From assembly GCA_965116805.1 (NCBI GenBank), contig OZ220713.1, positions 2,041,853 to 2,105,852 of the forward strand: DNA of 64,000 nt, given 5' to 3'. The position numbers and the translations under genes are program-made. Positions 37,433 to 46,865 of the stretch are shown in pieces. Every line of letters begins with the position of its first letter. The stretch's first letter is position 1. The notes beneath the pieces are model-generated. The model did no database searches. It was not told the origin of the DNA and was given only the letters and a program-made list of their open reading frames with translations. Source of the stretch: Vicinamibacteria bacterium. GTDB taxonomy: Bacteria > Acidobacteriota > Vicinamibacteria > Marinacidobacterales > Marinacidobacteraceae.

Positions 37433-37780
37433 TCAGCCCTCCACGGGTTCGTCGCCCATCCCGCAGGCGAGTCCGTCCTCGTTTGTGTCGAGGTGCTCGT
37501 TCGCCTGATAGACGCGACCCTCGGAGCGGGTGACGCCGGACACCTTGCCGGCGGAGATGGCGCCGGTGGTGTCCCCGCCATAGCCGCCCGCTCCCGCTCC
37601 TCCGGGCATGCCGGCGCGATCACCCATCGTGGCGTACCGGGAACGCACCCCGTTCGGCCAGTAATCGAGCAGCGAGGCGCAATCGGTAAAGACCTGCTCC
37701 GCCGGATCATTCGGGTCGAGCCTGCCGGAACACCCGGCAAGAAGCCCGAGGGTCACCAGGATCAGTACGGTGTTTCTCAT
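37433..37780 (-). CDS. Small lipoprotein with C-terminal Excalibur (Ca-binding) domain, 115 aa
   Basis: MRNTVLILVTLGLLAGCSG lipobox. ...EHLDTNEDGLACGM... Excalibur DxDxDGxxCE-type motif. Trimmed from the track ORF. Confidence 0.7.
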   Translation of the reverse strand: MRNTVLILVTLGLLAGCSGRLDPNDPAEQVFTDCASLLDYWPNGVRSRYATMGDRAGMPGGAGAGGYGGDTTGAISAGKVSGVTRSEGRVYQANEHLDTNEDGLACGMGDEPVEG

Positions 37781-37827
37781 CGCGTTCTCCCTTGCCCGGC
37801 CCCCATGCAAGCCGGAGGCCGGGGCTC

Positions 37828-39471
37828 TTACGCGGTCGTCACCGCGCCCCGGCTCGCCGAGGAGACCGTGCGCGCGTACTTGGCGAGCGCGCCGACCCGG
37901 AACTCGGACTCCGGCGGGGCCGCCACGCGCGACTCCGCGTCCGGCATCTCCACGTCCAGCCGCCGCGATTCCAGGTCGATGGTGATCCGGTCGCCGTCCC
38001 GGACCAGCCCGATGGGGCCGCCGGCAGCGGCCTCGGGGGCCACGTGGCAAATCATGAAGCCGTAGGTGGCGCCGCTGAAGCGGCCGTCGGTGACGAGCGC
38101 GACGCTGTCACCGAGTCCGCGCCCGATGATCGCGGCGGTGACGCCGAGCATCTCGCGCATGCCGGGCCCTCCCTGCGGACCCTCGTAGCGGATCACCACG
38201 ACGTCCCCGGGCTGGATGCGGCCTTCCTGGACCGCGGCGAAGGCGGACTCCTCCGAATCGAAGACCCGCGCCGGACCCTCGTGCCGCGTCTTGGCGTGCC
38301 CGGCCAGCTTCAGGACGCAGCCTTCGGGAGCGAGGCTGCCGGTGAGGATGGCGAGGCCTCCCCGGGCCTTGACCGGCTCCGCCGCCGGCCGGATCACCTC
38401 CTGGCCGGGCGCTTCCGCGGCCTGCTCCGCGAGCTCGAACAGGGTGTCGCCGGAGACCGTCGGGGTGTCGGTGACCAGCCCGCGTTCACGGAGGCGTGAC
38501 GCGAGCAGCCGCATTCCCCCGGCGGCCTCCATGTCGGGCGCGGTGAACCGGCCCCCGGGTTTGAGGTCGGTGAGGACGGGAGTGCCGGCTCCGATCTCGT
38601 CGAGGTCCTCCAGGGTCAGGTCGCTGCCGGCTTCGTGGGCGATGGCGAGCAGATGGAGCACGGCGTTCGTGGAGCCGGCGGTCGCCGAAACCGAGCGGTA
38701 GGCGTTCCGGAGCGCCTCCCGCGACAGGAAGTCCCGGGCGGTCCTGCCTTCCCGCAGCAGTTCCATCACGCGTTCGCCGACGCGCCGCGCCGCGGCGGGT
38801 TTCCGCGGGTCCATCGCCGGCACCTCGTTGCCCACCATGGGCGAGATCCCGAGGAACGCGGTGGCCACCGACATGGTGTTGGCCGTGAACTGCCCGCCGC
38901 AGGCGCCCGGGCCCGGACAGGCGGCGTCCTCGATCTCCCGGAGCTCCTCGTCGGTAATGTTGCCGGCGGCGTGGGCGCCCACCGCCTCGTAGACCTCCTG
39001 CAGCGTGATCGCCTCGCCCCGGTAGCTCCCCGCCGCGATGGACCCGCCGTAGAGCATGAGCGAGGGAAGGTCCAGCCGGGCGAGCGCCATGACCGTCCCC
39101 GGGATGGTCTTGTCGCATCCCGAAATCGCCACGACTCCGTCGAGCAGGTGGCCGCGCGCCACGAGTTCGATGGAGTCCGCCACCACCTCGCGGGAGACGA
39201 GCGACGCCCGCATCCCCGACGTTCCCATCGCGATCCCGTCGGTCACCACGATGGTGTTGAACTCGAGGGGGGTCCCGCCCGCCTCGCGCACTCCGATCTT
39301 CACCTGCTCCGCGAGCGCGCGCAGGTGCCAGTTGCAGGGGGTGACCTCGGTCCAGGTGTTCGCGATCCCGATGAGCGGCCGCGCGATCGCCTCGTCCGTC
39401 AGCCCGATCGCCTTCCACATGGCGCGGGCGCCGGCGCGGGCCGGGCCGCTCTTGACTTCGTCGCTTCGCAT
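37828..39471 (-). CDS. ilvD: Dihydroxy-acid dehydratase
   Basis: [50 protein letters not shown]...; Fe-S Cys ligands (..SGCDKTIPG.., ..CPGPGACGG..). Confidence 0.95.
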   Translation of the reverse strand: MRSDEVKSGPARAGARAMWKAIGLTDEAIARPLIGIANTWTEVTPCNWHLRALAEQVKIGVREAGGTPLEFNTIVVTDGIAMGTSGMRASLVSREVVADSIELVARGHLLDGVVAISGCDKTIPGTVMALARLDLPSLMLYGGSIAAGSYRGEAITLQEVYEAVGAHAAGNITDEELREIEDAACPGPGACGGQFTANTMSVATAFLGISPMVGNEVPAMDPRKPAAARRVGERVMELLREGRTARDFLSREALRNAYRSVSATAGSTNAVLHLLAIAHEAGSDLTLEDLDEIGAGTPVLTDLKPGGRFTAPDMEAAGGMRLLASRLRERGLVTDTPTVSGDTLFELAEQAAEAPGQEVIRPAAEPVKARGGLAILTGSLAPEGCVLKLAGHAKTRHEGPARVFDSEESAFAAVQEGRIQPGDVVVIRYEGPQGGPGMREMLGVTAAIIGRGLGDSVALVTDGRFSGATYGFMICHVAPEAAAGGPIGLVRDGDRITIDLESRRLDVEMPDAESRVAAPPESEFRVGALAKYARTVSSASRGAVTTA

Positions 39472-39544
39472 GGGGTCCTCCTCGGGGCGGCCGCCCTGTG
39501 GGCGGGACGGCAGAGGGCCGCTACTCTGTCATGAACCCGGTCCG

Positions 39545-40465
39545 ATGACGCCCAAAGAGCCTGTCCGTTTCCTCGTCTTCGGCGCGGGAGCGACCGGCAG
39601 CGTGTTCGCCGCCCGCCTCGCGGCCCGCCATCCGGTGGCGGTCGTGGCCCGCGGCGAGCGGCTGGGCCAGATCGCGCGGGACGGCATCCGCGTGGAGGGA
39701 GCGACGGACGCGGCGATCCGTCCGCCCGCCGCGCCCCTGGCCCGGGATTTCGCCGACTTTCGGCCCGACTACGTGCTGGTCACCGTCAAGGCGCATTCGA
39801 CCCGCGCTGCGGCGCCCCTGCTCGAACCCCTCGGCCCGCGGCCGGTCCGTGTCTCGCTGCAGAACGGTCTCGGGAACGAGGAGACGCTCGCGGCAGGGGG
39901 CTTTCCCGTGATTGGCGCCGTCTCCAACAACGGGGCGACCCTGCTCGATTCCGGACGCGTCTTCCACGCCGGGCTCGGCGAGGTCATTCTCAGCGGGTTC
40001 CAGGCGGTGTCCGGCGGCCCGGTGGAGGTCCTCGCCCGGTGCCTGTCCGATGCCGGGTTTCCGGTCGAGCGCGTTCCGGACATCCGGAAGCCGCTGTGGG
40101 ACAAGACCATCCTGAACGCCGCGGTCAATCCCGTCACCGCGCTGCTCGGTATCCGCACGGGGCAGTTGCTCAAGGATCCCGGCACCGAGGTCCTGGTCCG
40201 CATGCTGGTCCGGGAGGCGGTGGCCGTCGCCGGCGCGGAGGGCGTCGCCACCTCGGAAACCGAGGTCTGGGAAATGATCCGACGGATCGTGGCGCGCACC
40301 GCCGGGAACAAGACGAGCATGCTCCAGGACCTGGAGCGCGGAGTGCCGACCGAAGTGGAGGCGATGAACGGGGTCATCGTCGCCAGGGGCGCGACGCGGG
40401 GGATCGAGACCCCCTGGAACCGGCTCATGCTCCGGCTGATCCGGAGTCGCGAGCGCGGCGGCTAG
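39545..40465 (+). CDS. panE: 2-dehydropantoate 2-reductase (ketopantoate reductase, ApbA/PanE family)
   Basis: MTPKEPVRFLVFGAGATGSVFAARLA (Rossmann GxGxxG) ... C-terminal KPR domain ...KTSMLQDLERGVPTEVEAMNG.... Trimmed from the 469-aa track ORF. Confidence 0.85.
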   Translation: MTPKEPVRFLVFGAGATGSVFAARLAARHPVAVVARGERLGQIARDGIRVEGATDAAIRPPAAPLARDFADFRPDYVLVTVKAHSTRAAAPLLEPLGPRPVRVSLQNGLGNEETLAAGGFPVIGAVSNNGATLLDSGRVFHAGLGEVILSGFQAVSGGPVEVLARCLSDAGFPVERVPDIRKPLWDKTILNAAVNPVTALLGIRTGQLLKDPGTEVLVRMLVREAVAVAGAEGVATSETEVWEMIRRIVARTAGNKTSMLQDLERGVPTEVEAMNGVIVARGATRGIETPWNRLMLRLIRSRERGG

Positions 40466-41343
40466 CCGCCGGCGTCGTCCGGGTCGCGCGGCCAGTGCCA
40501 CGCCACCCGTCCGAGGACATCGTCCTCCGCGGACAGGGGACGGACGGGGTGGCGCGGGTTGTCGGCGACCACGGTCCAGCGGTCCCGGCGGGAAAGACGC
40601 CGGACCACCGGGCCGCTCCCGGCAGCGAGGGCGAAGAGCGCCTGGTCGACGGGCTCGGTGCAACCCGGATCGAAAGCGACGACGTCTCCCTCCCGGACGG
40701 TGACGTCCATGAGGTCGTCAGCGGCCCGCATGCAGACCAAACGATCCGGCTGCGCCCAGGACGGGAGCGCCTCCCGCGCCACTCCCACCGCCAGTTCCGG
40801 GGATTCCTGGAACACGGGCGCTCGGGGATCGCCGCCGCGGATTCCGGAGGCGAAGGGGATCATCACCAGACGATCCCCGGCCGGCGCGGTCCGGCTGGTC
40901 CCGGCGGGGGCGTCCGGCGGGGGCTCCCAGCCGGCGACCACCTGCAGCAGCGACTGCGCCGCCGTTGCCAACCGGTCGGCCATTCCCTTCACGACGGCGA
41001 CTCCATCGCTGAGCGGCGCCGCGACGGCAGCGCCGTACTTCTCCGGAAACACCGCTGACGCCGACCCGCGCTCCGGTGTCCGGCCGGCAGCCGCAGCGTG
41101 CCCGGGGTACGGCGGCGCCGACGCGAGATCGCCGGTTCCGGGGCCGATCATGAGCGGCACGCCGAGCACCTCCGTCATGGACTGGATGGTCGTGACGCGG
41201 ACCGCCCGCCCGTCGAGCAGGCTCCGGATCTGACCCACCGGGATCCCCGTTCTCGCGGCGAGCGGCCGAAGTCCCTCTGCTTCCACCAACTCGCGGAATG
41301 CGTTTCTTAATCTCTCTATTCCGTTGAGTGTCACATCCGTCAC
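40462..41343 (-). CDS. XRE-HTH + S24 (LexA/CI-like) peptidase-domain transcriptional regulator. Start uncertain (GTG chosen). Catalytic Ser position apparently Leu (ADDLMD versus GDSM).
   Basis: (V)TDVTLNGIERLRNAFRELVEAEGLRPLAARTGIPVGQIRSLL (HTH) ... C-terminal ...MDVTVREGDVVAFDP... S24-like. The 50 Arg/Gly/His-rich codons upstream in the track ORF are judged non-coding. Confidence 0.5.
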   Translation of the reverse strand: MTDVTLNGIERLRNAFRELVEAEGLRPLAARTGIPVGQIRSLLDGRAVRVTTIQSMTEVLGVPLMIGPGTGDLASAPPYPGHAAAAGRTPERGSASAVFPEKYGAAVAAPLSDGVAVVKGMADRLATAAQSLLQVVAGWEPPPDAPAGTSRTAPAGDRLVMIPFASGIRGGDPRAPVFQESPELAVGVAREALPSWAQPDRLVCMRAADDLMDVTVREGDVVAFDPGCTEPVDQALFALAAGSGPVVRRLSRRDRWTVVADNPRHPVRPLSAEDDVLGRVAWHWPRDPDDAGG

Positions 41344-41772
41344 ATTACACCAAGCTTCCGTCGCGCCGGGGTCGCGGCGGGTCGGCCCGCCAACCGGAAT
41401 CCACTTGCTGCGGCCGTGCCCTCTGTGGCATGCTTGCGTGCCATGGATGACACGGCGCGACAGCTCGTCAGGCTCTGCGGCCTCTTTGCCGAACACACCG
41501 GCCGGAGCGTGTCCACGGTGTCGCGCTACGCCACCGGGAGCGGGGAGACCGTGGCCCGGCTCTGCCGCGGCAAGACGATCACGACCCGCCGGGCGGAGCG
41601 TGCGTTTCGATTCCTCTCGGAGAACTGGCCGGACCCGGCGGAATGGCCCGACGGGATTCCGCGCCCGGCCCCGATCCGGACAGCGGATTCAGGAGTCGAC
41701 GCCCGGACGGCGTAGCTCCGTACGGCGGACCGGCCGTTCGTCTTCCCGGACGGCGAACCCCCGCCGGAGCCG

Positions 41773-42636
41773 CTACGGCGTTCCCCGCGCGACCGGCCGG
41801 CGCGGATCGGCGCACCACTCGGACCAGGACCCCGAGTACACCGCCACGTCCCGGATGCCGGCGAGCTCCAGCGCCAGTGCGTTGTGCGCCGCGCTCAGGC
41901 CGGAGCCGCAGTAGCAGACGATGGGACGTCCCGCCCGGTCTCCCGTGAGGGCGCCGAGGCTTTCGCGGAGGTCGGCCGGCGGGCGGAAGCGGCCGTCCGA
42001 GCCGAGGTTGTGCTTCCAGAGATGGTTCCTGGCCCCCGGGATCCGTCCCGCGACGGGGTCGATGGGTTCGTGCTCGCCACGCCAGCGGACCGGTTCCCGG
42101 GCATCCACGAGCAGGTGCGCACCGCCGGCGAGACCGGCCTCGACTTCGGCGAGGCCGAGCGCCATCCCCGGCTGCGGCTTCGGGATGAAATGCCGGGGCG
42201 CCCGCGTCTCCTCTCCCGAGACCAGGGATCCTCCGGCCCGCTCCCAGGCGTCCAGGCCGCCGTCCAGCACCGCGGCCTGGCGGTGCCCGAGATAGCGGAG
42301 CATCCACCAGAGCCGGGCCGCGAACAGTCCCGCGGCGTGGTCGTAAGCGACCACCACGCGGTCCGGCCCGATGCCGAGGCGTCCGAAGACCTCCGCCATG
42401 CGCTCCACCGTGGGGAGCGGGTGACGCCCGTTGGTCCCGGTCTTCGGCGCCGAGAGGTCGCGGTCGGTATCCGCGAACACCGCTCCCGGGAGGTGCCCCT
42501 CGAGATAGCGGGCGCGCCCCCAGGCGGGGTCCGCGAGGTCGGCCCGCACGTCGACCAGCAGGAGCCGGGAGTCGCCGGCAGCGAGCTGCTCGCGCACCCA
42601 GGCGGCGGAAACGATGGACTGCGGAACGCCGTTCAT
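41773..42636 (-). CDS. sseA: Rhodanese-domain sulfurtransferase (thiosulfate/3-mercaptopyruvate sulfurtransferase)
   Basis: Two rhodanese modules. Active-site loop CYCGSGLSA. Confidence 0.8.
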   Translation of the reverse strand: MNGVPQSIVSAAWVREQLAAGDSRLLLVDVRADLADPAWGRARYLEGHLPGAVFADTDRDLSAPKTGTNGRHPLPTVERMAEVFGRLGIGPDRVVVAYDHAAGLFAARLWWMLRYLGHRQAAVLDGGLDAWERAGGSLVSGEETRAPRHFIPKPQPGMALGLAEVEAGLAGGAHLLVDAREPVRWRGEHEPIDPVAGRIPGARNHLWKHNLGSDGRFRPPADLRESLGALTGDRAGRPIVCYCGSGLSAAHNALALELAGIRDVAVYSGSWSEWCADPRRPVARGTP

Positions 42637-42697
42637 CGCGACAGCGTACCGGCTGACCCTCCCGCGCGAACGTGCCCTCCGCCCGGACGGCGGCCCG

Positions 42698-44413
42698 TCA
42701 GCGCTCCGGATCCGCCCGATAGGTGGCCGTTCCGCCGAGCCAGGTGGAATCGACCCGCAGATCGAGGATCGAGGCGTCCGGCGGGTCCGGCGCCGCGCCG
42801 CTCAGCACGACGAAATCGGCCCATTTCCCCACCTCGATCGAGCCGATCTCCCCGTCCCAGCCGGCGGCGGCGGCCGGCGCCAGCGTGTAGGCGGTCAGGG
42901 CTTCCCGCCACGAGACGCGCTGCCCCGGATGCCATCCGCCCGCCGGTCCGCCGGCAGGCTTTTCCCGGACCGTCGCGGCGTAGAGCTGGCGCAGCGGGTC
43001 GAGCGGCGCGGTGGACCAGTCGCTCCCGAACACCAGGGTGGCCCCGGCGTCGCGCGCCGCCCCCCAGGCGAAGGACCAGGCCGCCCGTTCTTCGCCCAGG
43101 CGGTCGGTGTTGTAGACGTCGATCCCGGTGATGCAGTGGTGCGGATTGAAGGAGGCGAGCACTCCGAGCTCCGCGAAGCGCGGGGCGTCCTGCGGGTCCA
43201 GCACCTCGATGTGTTCGATGCGGTCGGCGAGCGGGGGACGCGGTCCCTGGTCGGCGGCGTGCTCGAAGGCGTCGAGGGAAGCGCGTACCGCGCGGTCGCC
43301 GATCGCGTGGATCGCCACCGGGAAGCCGGCTTCGTGGATCCGGGTCACGGCGCTGGCGAGGCCGTCGAATTCGGTCACCATGAACCCGGATTCGCCGGGA
43401 GCGTCGGCGTAGGGAGCGAGCAGCGCCGCCGTCCGGGCGGACAGCACTCCGTCCGCCATCAGCTTCGCGTAACCGACGTCGAACGTAGGCCCCCGCTCCG
43501 CGGTTATGGCCGCCAGGGCGCCGCGCGCGCCGTCGCGGGCCGCGGCCAGCTCGTCGACCCGGTCCTCGGCTCCGAACGCGCCGTACCAGACCCGCAGCGG
43601 CAGCTCGCCGGCGGCCGCGAACCCGACGTAGGCCGGAATCCGGTCCAATCCCGCCATCGTGTGGACTCCGGTGAGTCCGAGCCGGGCGGCGGCCCGGAAG
43701 GTCCGGCGCATGATCTCGCGCTCCTCGTCGGCGCTGAGCTGCGGGACATGGTCTCGGACGAGGCCGCCGGCCGTCTCCAGCAGAATTCCGGTCGGATCGC
43801 CCGACGCGTAGCGGAGGATGCGGCCGCCCGGGGGATCCGGGGTGGCGGCGTCCACGCCGGCGATCTCCAGCGCGAGGCTGTTGGCCCAGGTGGTGTGGCC
43901 GTCGATGTCGGACAGCACCACCGGATTCTCGGGGGTGACGGGATCGAGCTCCTCGAGGGAAGGGAACTCGCCGCCGGACAGGGTGTGGTCCCAGCGCCCG
44001 CCCACGATCCACGCCCCCGGACCCAGTTCGGCGGCGCGCGCGGCAATCCGGCGCATCCATTCCTCCCGGTCCGCGATTCCGGTCAGGTCCACCCCGCGGA
44101 TCAGGGAGAGTCCGGACTCGAGGTGCACGTGTCCGTCGATCAGTCCCGGAATGACCGCTCGTCCGTCGAGTTCGATCACTTCCGTGGCCTCGCCGATCCA
44201 GCGTTCCGCCTCGCGCGCAACTCCCACGAAGACGAACCGGCCGTCCCGCACCGCGAGGGCCTCCGCGGCCGGGTTCCGGACATCCACGGTGTGGATCACG
44301 CCCCCCCGCACGACGAGGTCCGCGGGTTCCCGATCGAGTGGACCGGTGCAGGCGGCGGCGAGGGCGGCCACCACGGCGGGGAGCACGGCGCGACCGGGAA
44401 GGGAACTCGTCAT
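42698..44413 (-). CDS. Amidohydrolase-3 family metal-dependent hydrolase lipoprotein (YtcJ-like)
   Basis: MTSSLPGRAVLPAVVAALAAAC...; ...PGLIDGHVHLESG...; ...VAIHAIGDRAV...; ...FGSDWSTAPLDP.... Confidence 0.8.
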   Translation of the reverse strand: MTSSLPGRAVLPAVVAALAAACTGPLDREPADLVVRGGVIHTVDVRNPAAEALAVRDGRFVFVGVAREAERWIGEATEVIELDGRAVIPGLIDGHVHLESGLSLIRGVDLTGIADREEWMRRIAARAAELGPGAWIVGGRWDHTLSGGEFPSLEELDPVTPENPVVLSDIDGHTTWANSLALEIAGVDAATPDPPGGRILRYASGDPTGILLETAGGLVRDHVPQLSADEEREIMRRTFRAAARLGLTGVHTMAGLDRIPAYVGFAAAGELPLRVWYGAFGAEDRVDELAAARDGARGALAAITAERGPTFDVGYAKLMADGVLSARTAALLAPYADAPGESGFMVTEFDGLASAVTRIHEAGFPVAIHAIGDRAVRASLDAFEHAADQGPRPPLADRIEHIEVLDPQDAPRFAELGVLASFNPHHCITGIDVYNTDRLGEERAAWSFAWGAARDAGATLVFGSDWSTAPLDPLRQLYAATVREKPAGGPAGGWHPGQRVSWREALTAYTLAPAAAAGWDGEIGSIEVGKWADFVVLSGAAPDPPDASILDLRVDSTWLGGTATYRADPER

Positions 44414-44463
44414 GGCCCTATTCTGGATGCCGTTCGGGCGCCACGGCGCCCGAACCGGCGGGA

Positions 44464-45150
44464 TCAGCGGAATTCGCGGGCGGCGAGGGAGCCGCGCAGC
44501 GCGTGAGAGTTGGCAATGACTTCCCCGAGTTCGGTCATGGCGTCTTCGATGGCGGCTTCGACGGTGCGGCCGAGAAGTTCGGCGCCGGTATCGCAGAAGG
44601 CGCCGCTCCGGTGCCCGGTTCCGTTGCCGAGGATCACCTCCCGCAGCTTCAGGCCGTCACGCGTGAACGCCGACACCGAGAGGGCCAGTTCGACGCCCGC
44701 CTGGAACGTCAGGAGAGCGCCGCTCGCGAGCCCGGCATGGAACGTGTCCACCCGCACCACGATGACGGAATCGAATCCGCGAGCCTCCATCGTCTCGCCG
44801 TCGGGTGGAGCGGAGACCGGCTCGACCCGGCGCACCAGCCGCTCCATGGTGCCCAGTACCGATACCTCGAGCGCTTCGCGGGCGTCCACCGGGTATCGCG
44901 AGCCGATGCAGTGCTCTCCGTCCCCCGACGGATGGGGCACCACGTGGACCTCCCGAAGCAGTTGACCGGCGTCCACGAAGACCGCTGCCGATGCCGGCAG
45001 CGGCGCCTCGAACGCGAAGGCATCGTAGGAGGGCGCCGGCCGCACCACGACGGCGTGCGAGCAGGCCGCCACCCCCAGGCACCCGGCGAGGAGCGCCGCG
45101 GGAAGCGCGACGGTCGGCGGATTCCCCAGACGGCTAGGGGCCCGCATCAC
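44464..45150 (-). CDS. Hypothetical lipoprotein, paralog A (228 aa)
   Basis: Lipobox ...AALLAGCLGVAAC...; about 60% identical to the adjacent upstream gene (shared ...AVVVRPAPSYDAFAFEA.LPA.AAVFVDA.QL..., ..YPVDAREALEVSV.GT.ERLVR.V....). Confidence 0.75.
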   Translation of the reverse strand: MMRAPSRLGNPPTVALPAALLAGCLGVAACSHAVVVRPAPSYDAFAFEAPLPASAAVFVDAGQLLREVHVVPHPSGDGEHCIGSRYPVDAREALEVSVLGTMERLVRRVEPVSAPPDGETMEARGFDSVIVVRVDTFHAGLASGALLTFQAGVELALSVSAFTRDGLKLREVILGNGTGHRSGAFCDTGAELLGRTVEAAIEDAMTELGEVIANSHALRGSLAAREFR

Positions 45151-45802
45151 CCAGGGACGCGCGTAGCTCGGGCGAGTTCGCGATCAGCTCCCCGAGCTCG
45201 GTCATCGCGTTCTCGATGGCGATCTCGACCGCCGCTCCGAGCGCCTCCGAGCCGTTGCCGCAGGTGATGCCGCTCTCGGTCTGGACGGCGTTGCCGAACA
45301 CCACGTCGCGCAGCTGCAGTCCGTCGCCGGTGAACGCGGAGACCGAAAGCGTGAGTTCGGCGCCGGCCTCGAAGCTCAGGAACGCCCCGCTCGTCAGGCC
45401 CACGTTGAACGTGTCGGCGCGGACCACGACCACGGCGTCGAGGCCGCGCGCCTCCATCGCCGCCCGGTCCAGCGGCGCCGCGGTCGGCACGACGTCGCGC
45501 ACCAGCCGCTCCAGGGTGCCGATCACCGACACCTCGAGCGCTTCGCGGGCGTCCACCGGATAGGTCACTTCGTCGCAGAGGGAGTCCCCGTCCACCGGGT
45601 CGGGCGTCATCCGGACCTGCCGATAGAGCTGGTCGGCGTCCACGAAGACCGCGGCGGCGGCCGGCAACGACGCCTCGAACGCGAACGCCTCGTAGGACGG
45701 GGCCGGCCGCACCACCACGGCCTGTGAGCAGGCCGCGAGGGCGAGCACCAGACCGGCGCCGGTCACCAGGACCGCGCGCCGGGAAATACCGAGGGTCGTC
45801 AT
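45134..45802 (-). CDS. Hypothetical lipoprotein, paralog B (222 aa)
   Basis: MTTLGISRRAVLVTGAGLVLALAAC... Tandem duplicate of the downstream gene, overlapping it by 17 bp. Confidence 0.75.
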   Translation of the reverse strand: MTTLGISRRAVLVTGAGLVLALAACSQAVVVRPAPSYEAFAFEASLPAAAAVFVDADQLYRQVRMTPDPVDGDSLCDEVTYPVDAREALEVSVIGTLERLVRDVVPTAAPLDRAAMEARGLDAVVVVRADTFNVGLTSGAFLSFEAGAELTLSVSAFTGDGLQLRDVVFGNAVQTESGITCGNGSEALGAAVEIAIENAMTELGELIANSPELRASLGDAGP

Positions 45803-45803
45803 C

Positions 45804-46865
45804 TCACGTCCTCCTCGTCGCGGCGAGCTTCGCGATCCGGTCGCACAGCGCCGGAAAGCTGATCCCCATGACCGCCGCCGACTGCGGCAGCAGGCTGCGG
45901 GTCGTCATTCCCGGGAGCGTGTTGGCCTCCAGCACGAACGGATCGCCGTGCGCGTCGAGGCGAAAGTCCACACGGGAGAAGTCCCGCAGGCCGAGCGCCC
46001 GATGGGTCTTGACGGTCAGCTCGCGCAGTTCCCCCGCCAGCGACTCCGCGATGTCCGCGGGGAAGATCTCCTCGGCCACGCCCGGGGTGTACTTGGCGTG
46101 GTAGTCGAAGAGCCCGGAGCCGGTCACGATCTCGCCCACGCCGAGCGGTTCGAGACCGACACCGTCGGATTCGCCGACAGCGCCAACGGTGAATTCGCGA
46201 CCAGGGAGCATTTCCTCGACCAAAACGCAACGATCGTGCCAGCGGGCTTCGGCGACGGCGGAGCAGATGTCGTCGAAGTCGTAGGCGACCCGGAGCCCCA
46301 CCGACGAACCCACCCGGGAAGGCTTGACGACCACCGGGGCGCCAAGGGCCTCGATCTCACCCCGCCGGTCCTCCGGGGTCTGGAACTCCAGCATCTCGAA
46401 GCGCGGGGTGGGAATCCCGGCGCCCTGCAGGACGCGCTTGGCCGAGGCCTTCTCCATCGCCAGGGCGCTCGCCAGGACCCCGCTGCCGGTGTAGGGAAGG
46501 CCTCCGAGCTCGAGGACCGCCTGCAGAAGCCCGCCCTCGCCGTCGAGCCCGTGGAGGACCAGGAAGGCCAGATCAGCCTCGCCGACCGGCTTCAGGCGAA
46601 GGAGGCCCGGGACGTCCTCGCGGTCGCGCGCCAGCGCCAGCTCCTCGTCCGCGGGCGGCTTGCGGCCCACCCGAAGCGCCAGAAACTGGCCTTCCTGCTC
46701 GGGTCCCAGGGCGCCGTGCACGGTATCCACCGCCGTAACCTCGTGCCCCGCCACCCGCAGGGCGCGAAGGACCTCGCCGGCGCCGGCCAGCGCCACGTCG
46801 CGCTCCGGAGTGGAGCCGCCGGTGATCAGCGCGATGCGGAGGCGCTCGCCCGATCCGCCGGTCAC
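45804..46865 (-). CDS. ddl: D-alanine--D-alanine ligase
   Basis: MTGGSGERLRIALITGGSTPERDVALAGAGEVLRAL...; ATP-grasp ...PVVVKPSRVGSSVGL... ...ANTLPGMT.... Confidence 0.9.
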   Translation of the reverse strand: MTGGSGERLRIALITGGSTPERDVALAGAGEVLRALRVAGHEVTAVDTVHGALGPEQEGQFLALRVGRKPPADEELALARDREDVPGLLRLKPVGEADLAFLVLHGLDGEGGLLQAVLELGGLPYTGSGVLASALAMEKASAKRVLQGAGIPTPRFEMLEFQTPEDRRGEIEALGAPVVVKPSRVGSSVGLRVAYDFDDICSAVAEARWHDRCVLVEEMLPGREFTVGAVGESDGVGLEPLGVGEIVTGSGLFDYHAKYTPGVAEEIFPADIAESLAGELRELTVKTHRALGLRDFSRVDFRLDAHGDPFVLEANTLPGMTTRSLLPQSAAVMGISFPALCDRIAKLAATRRT

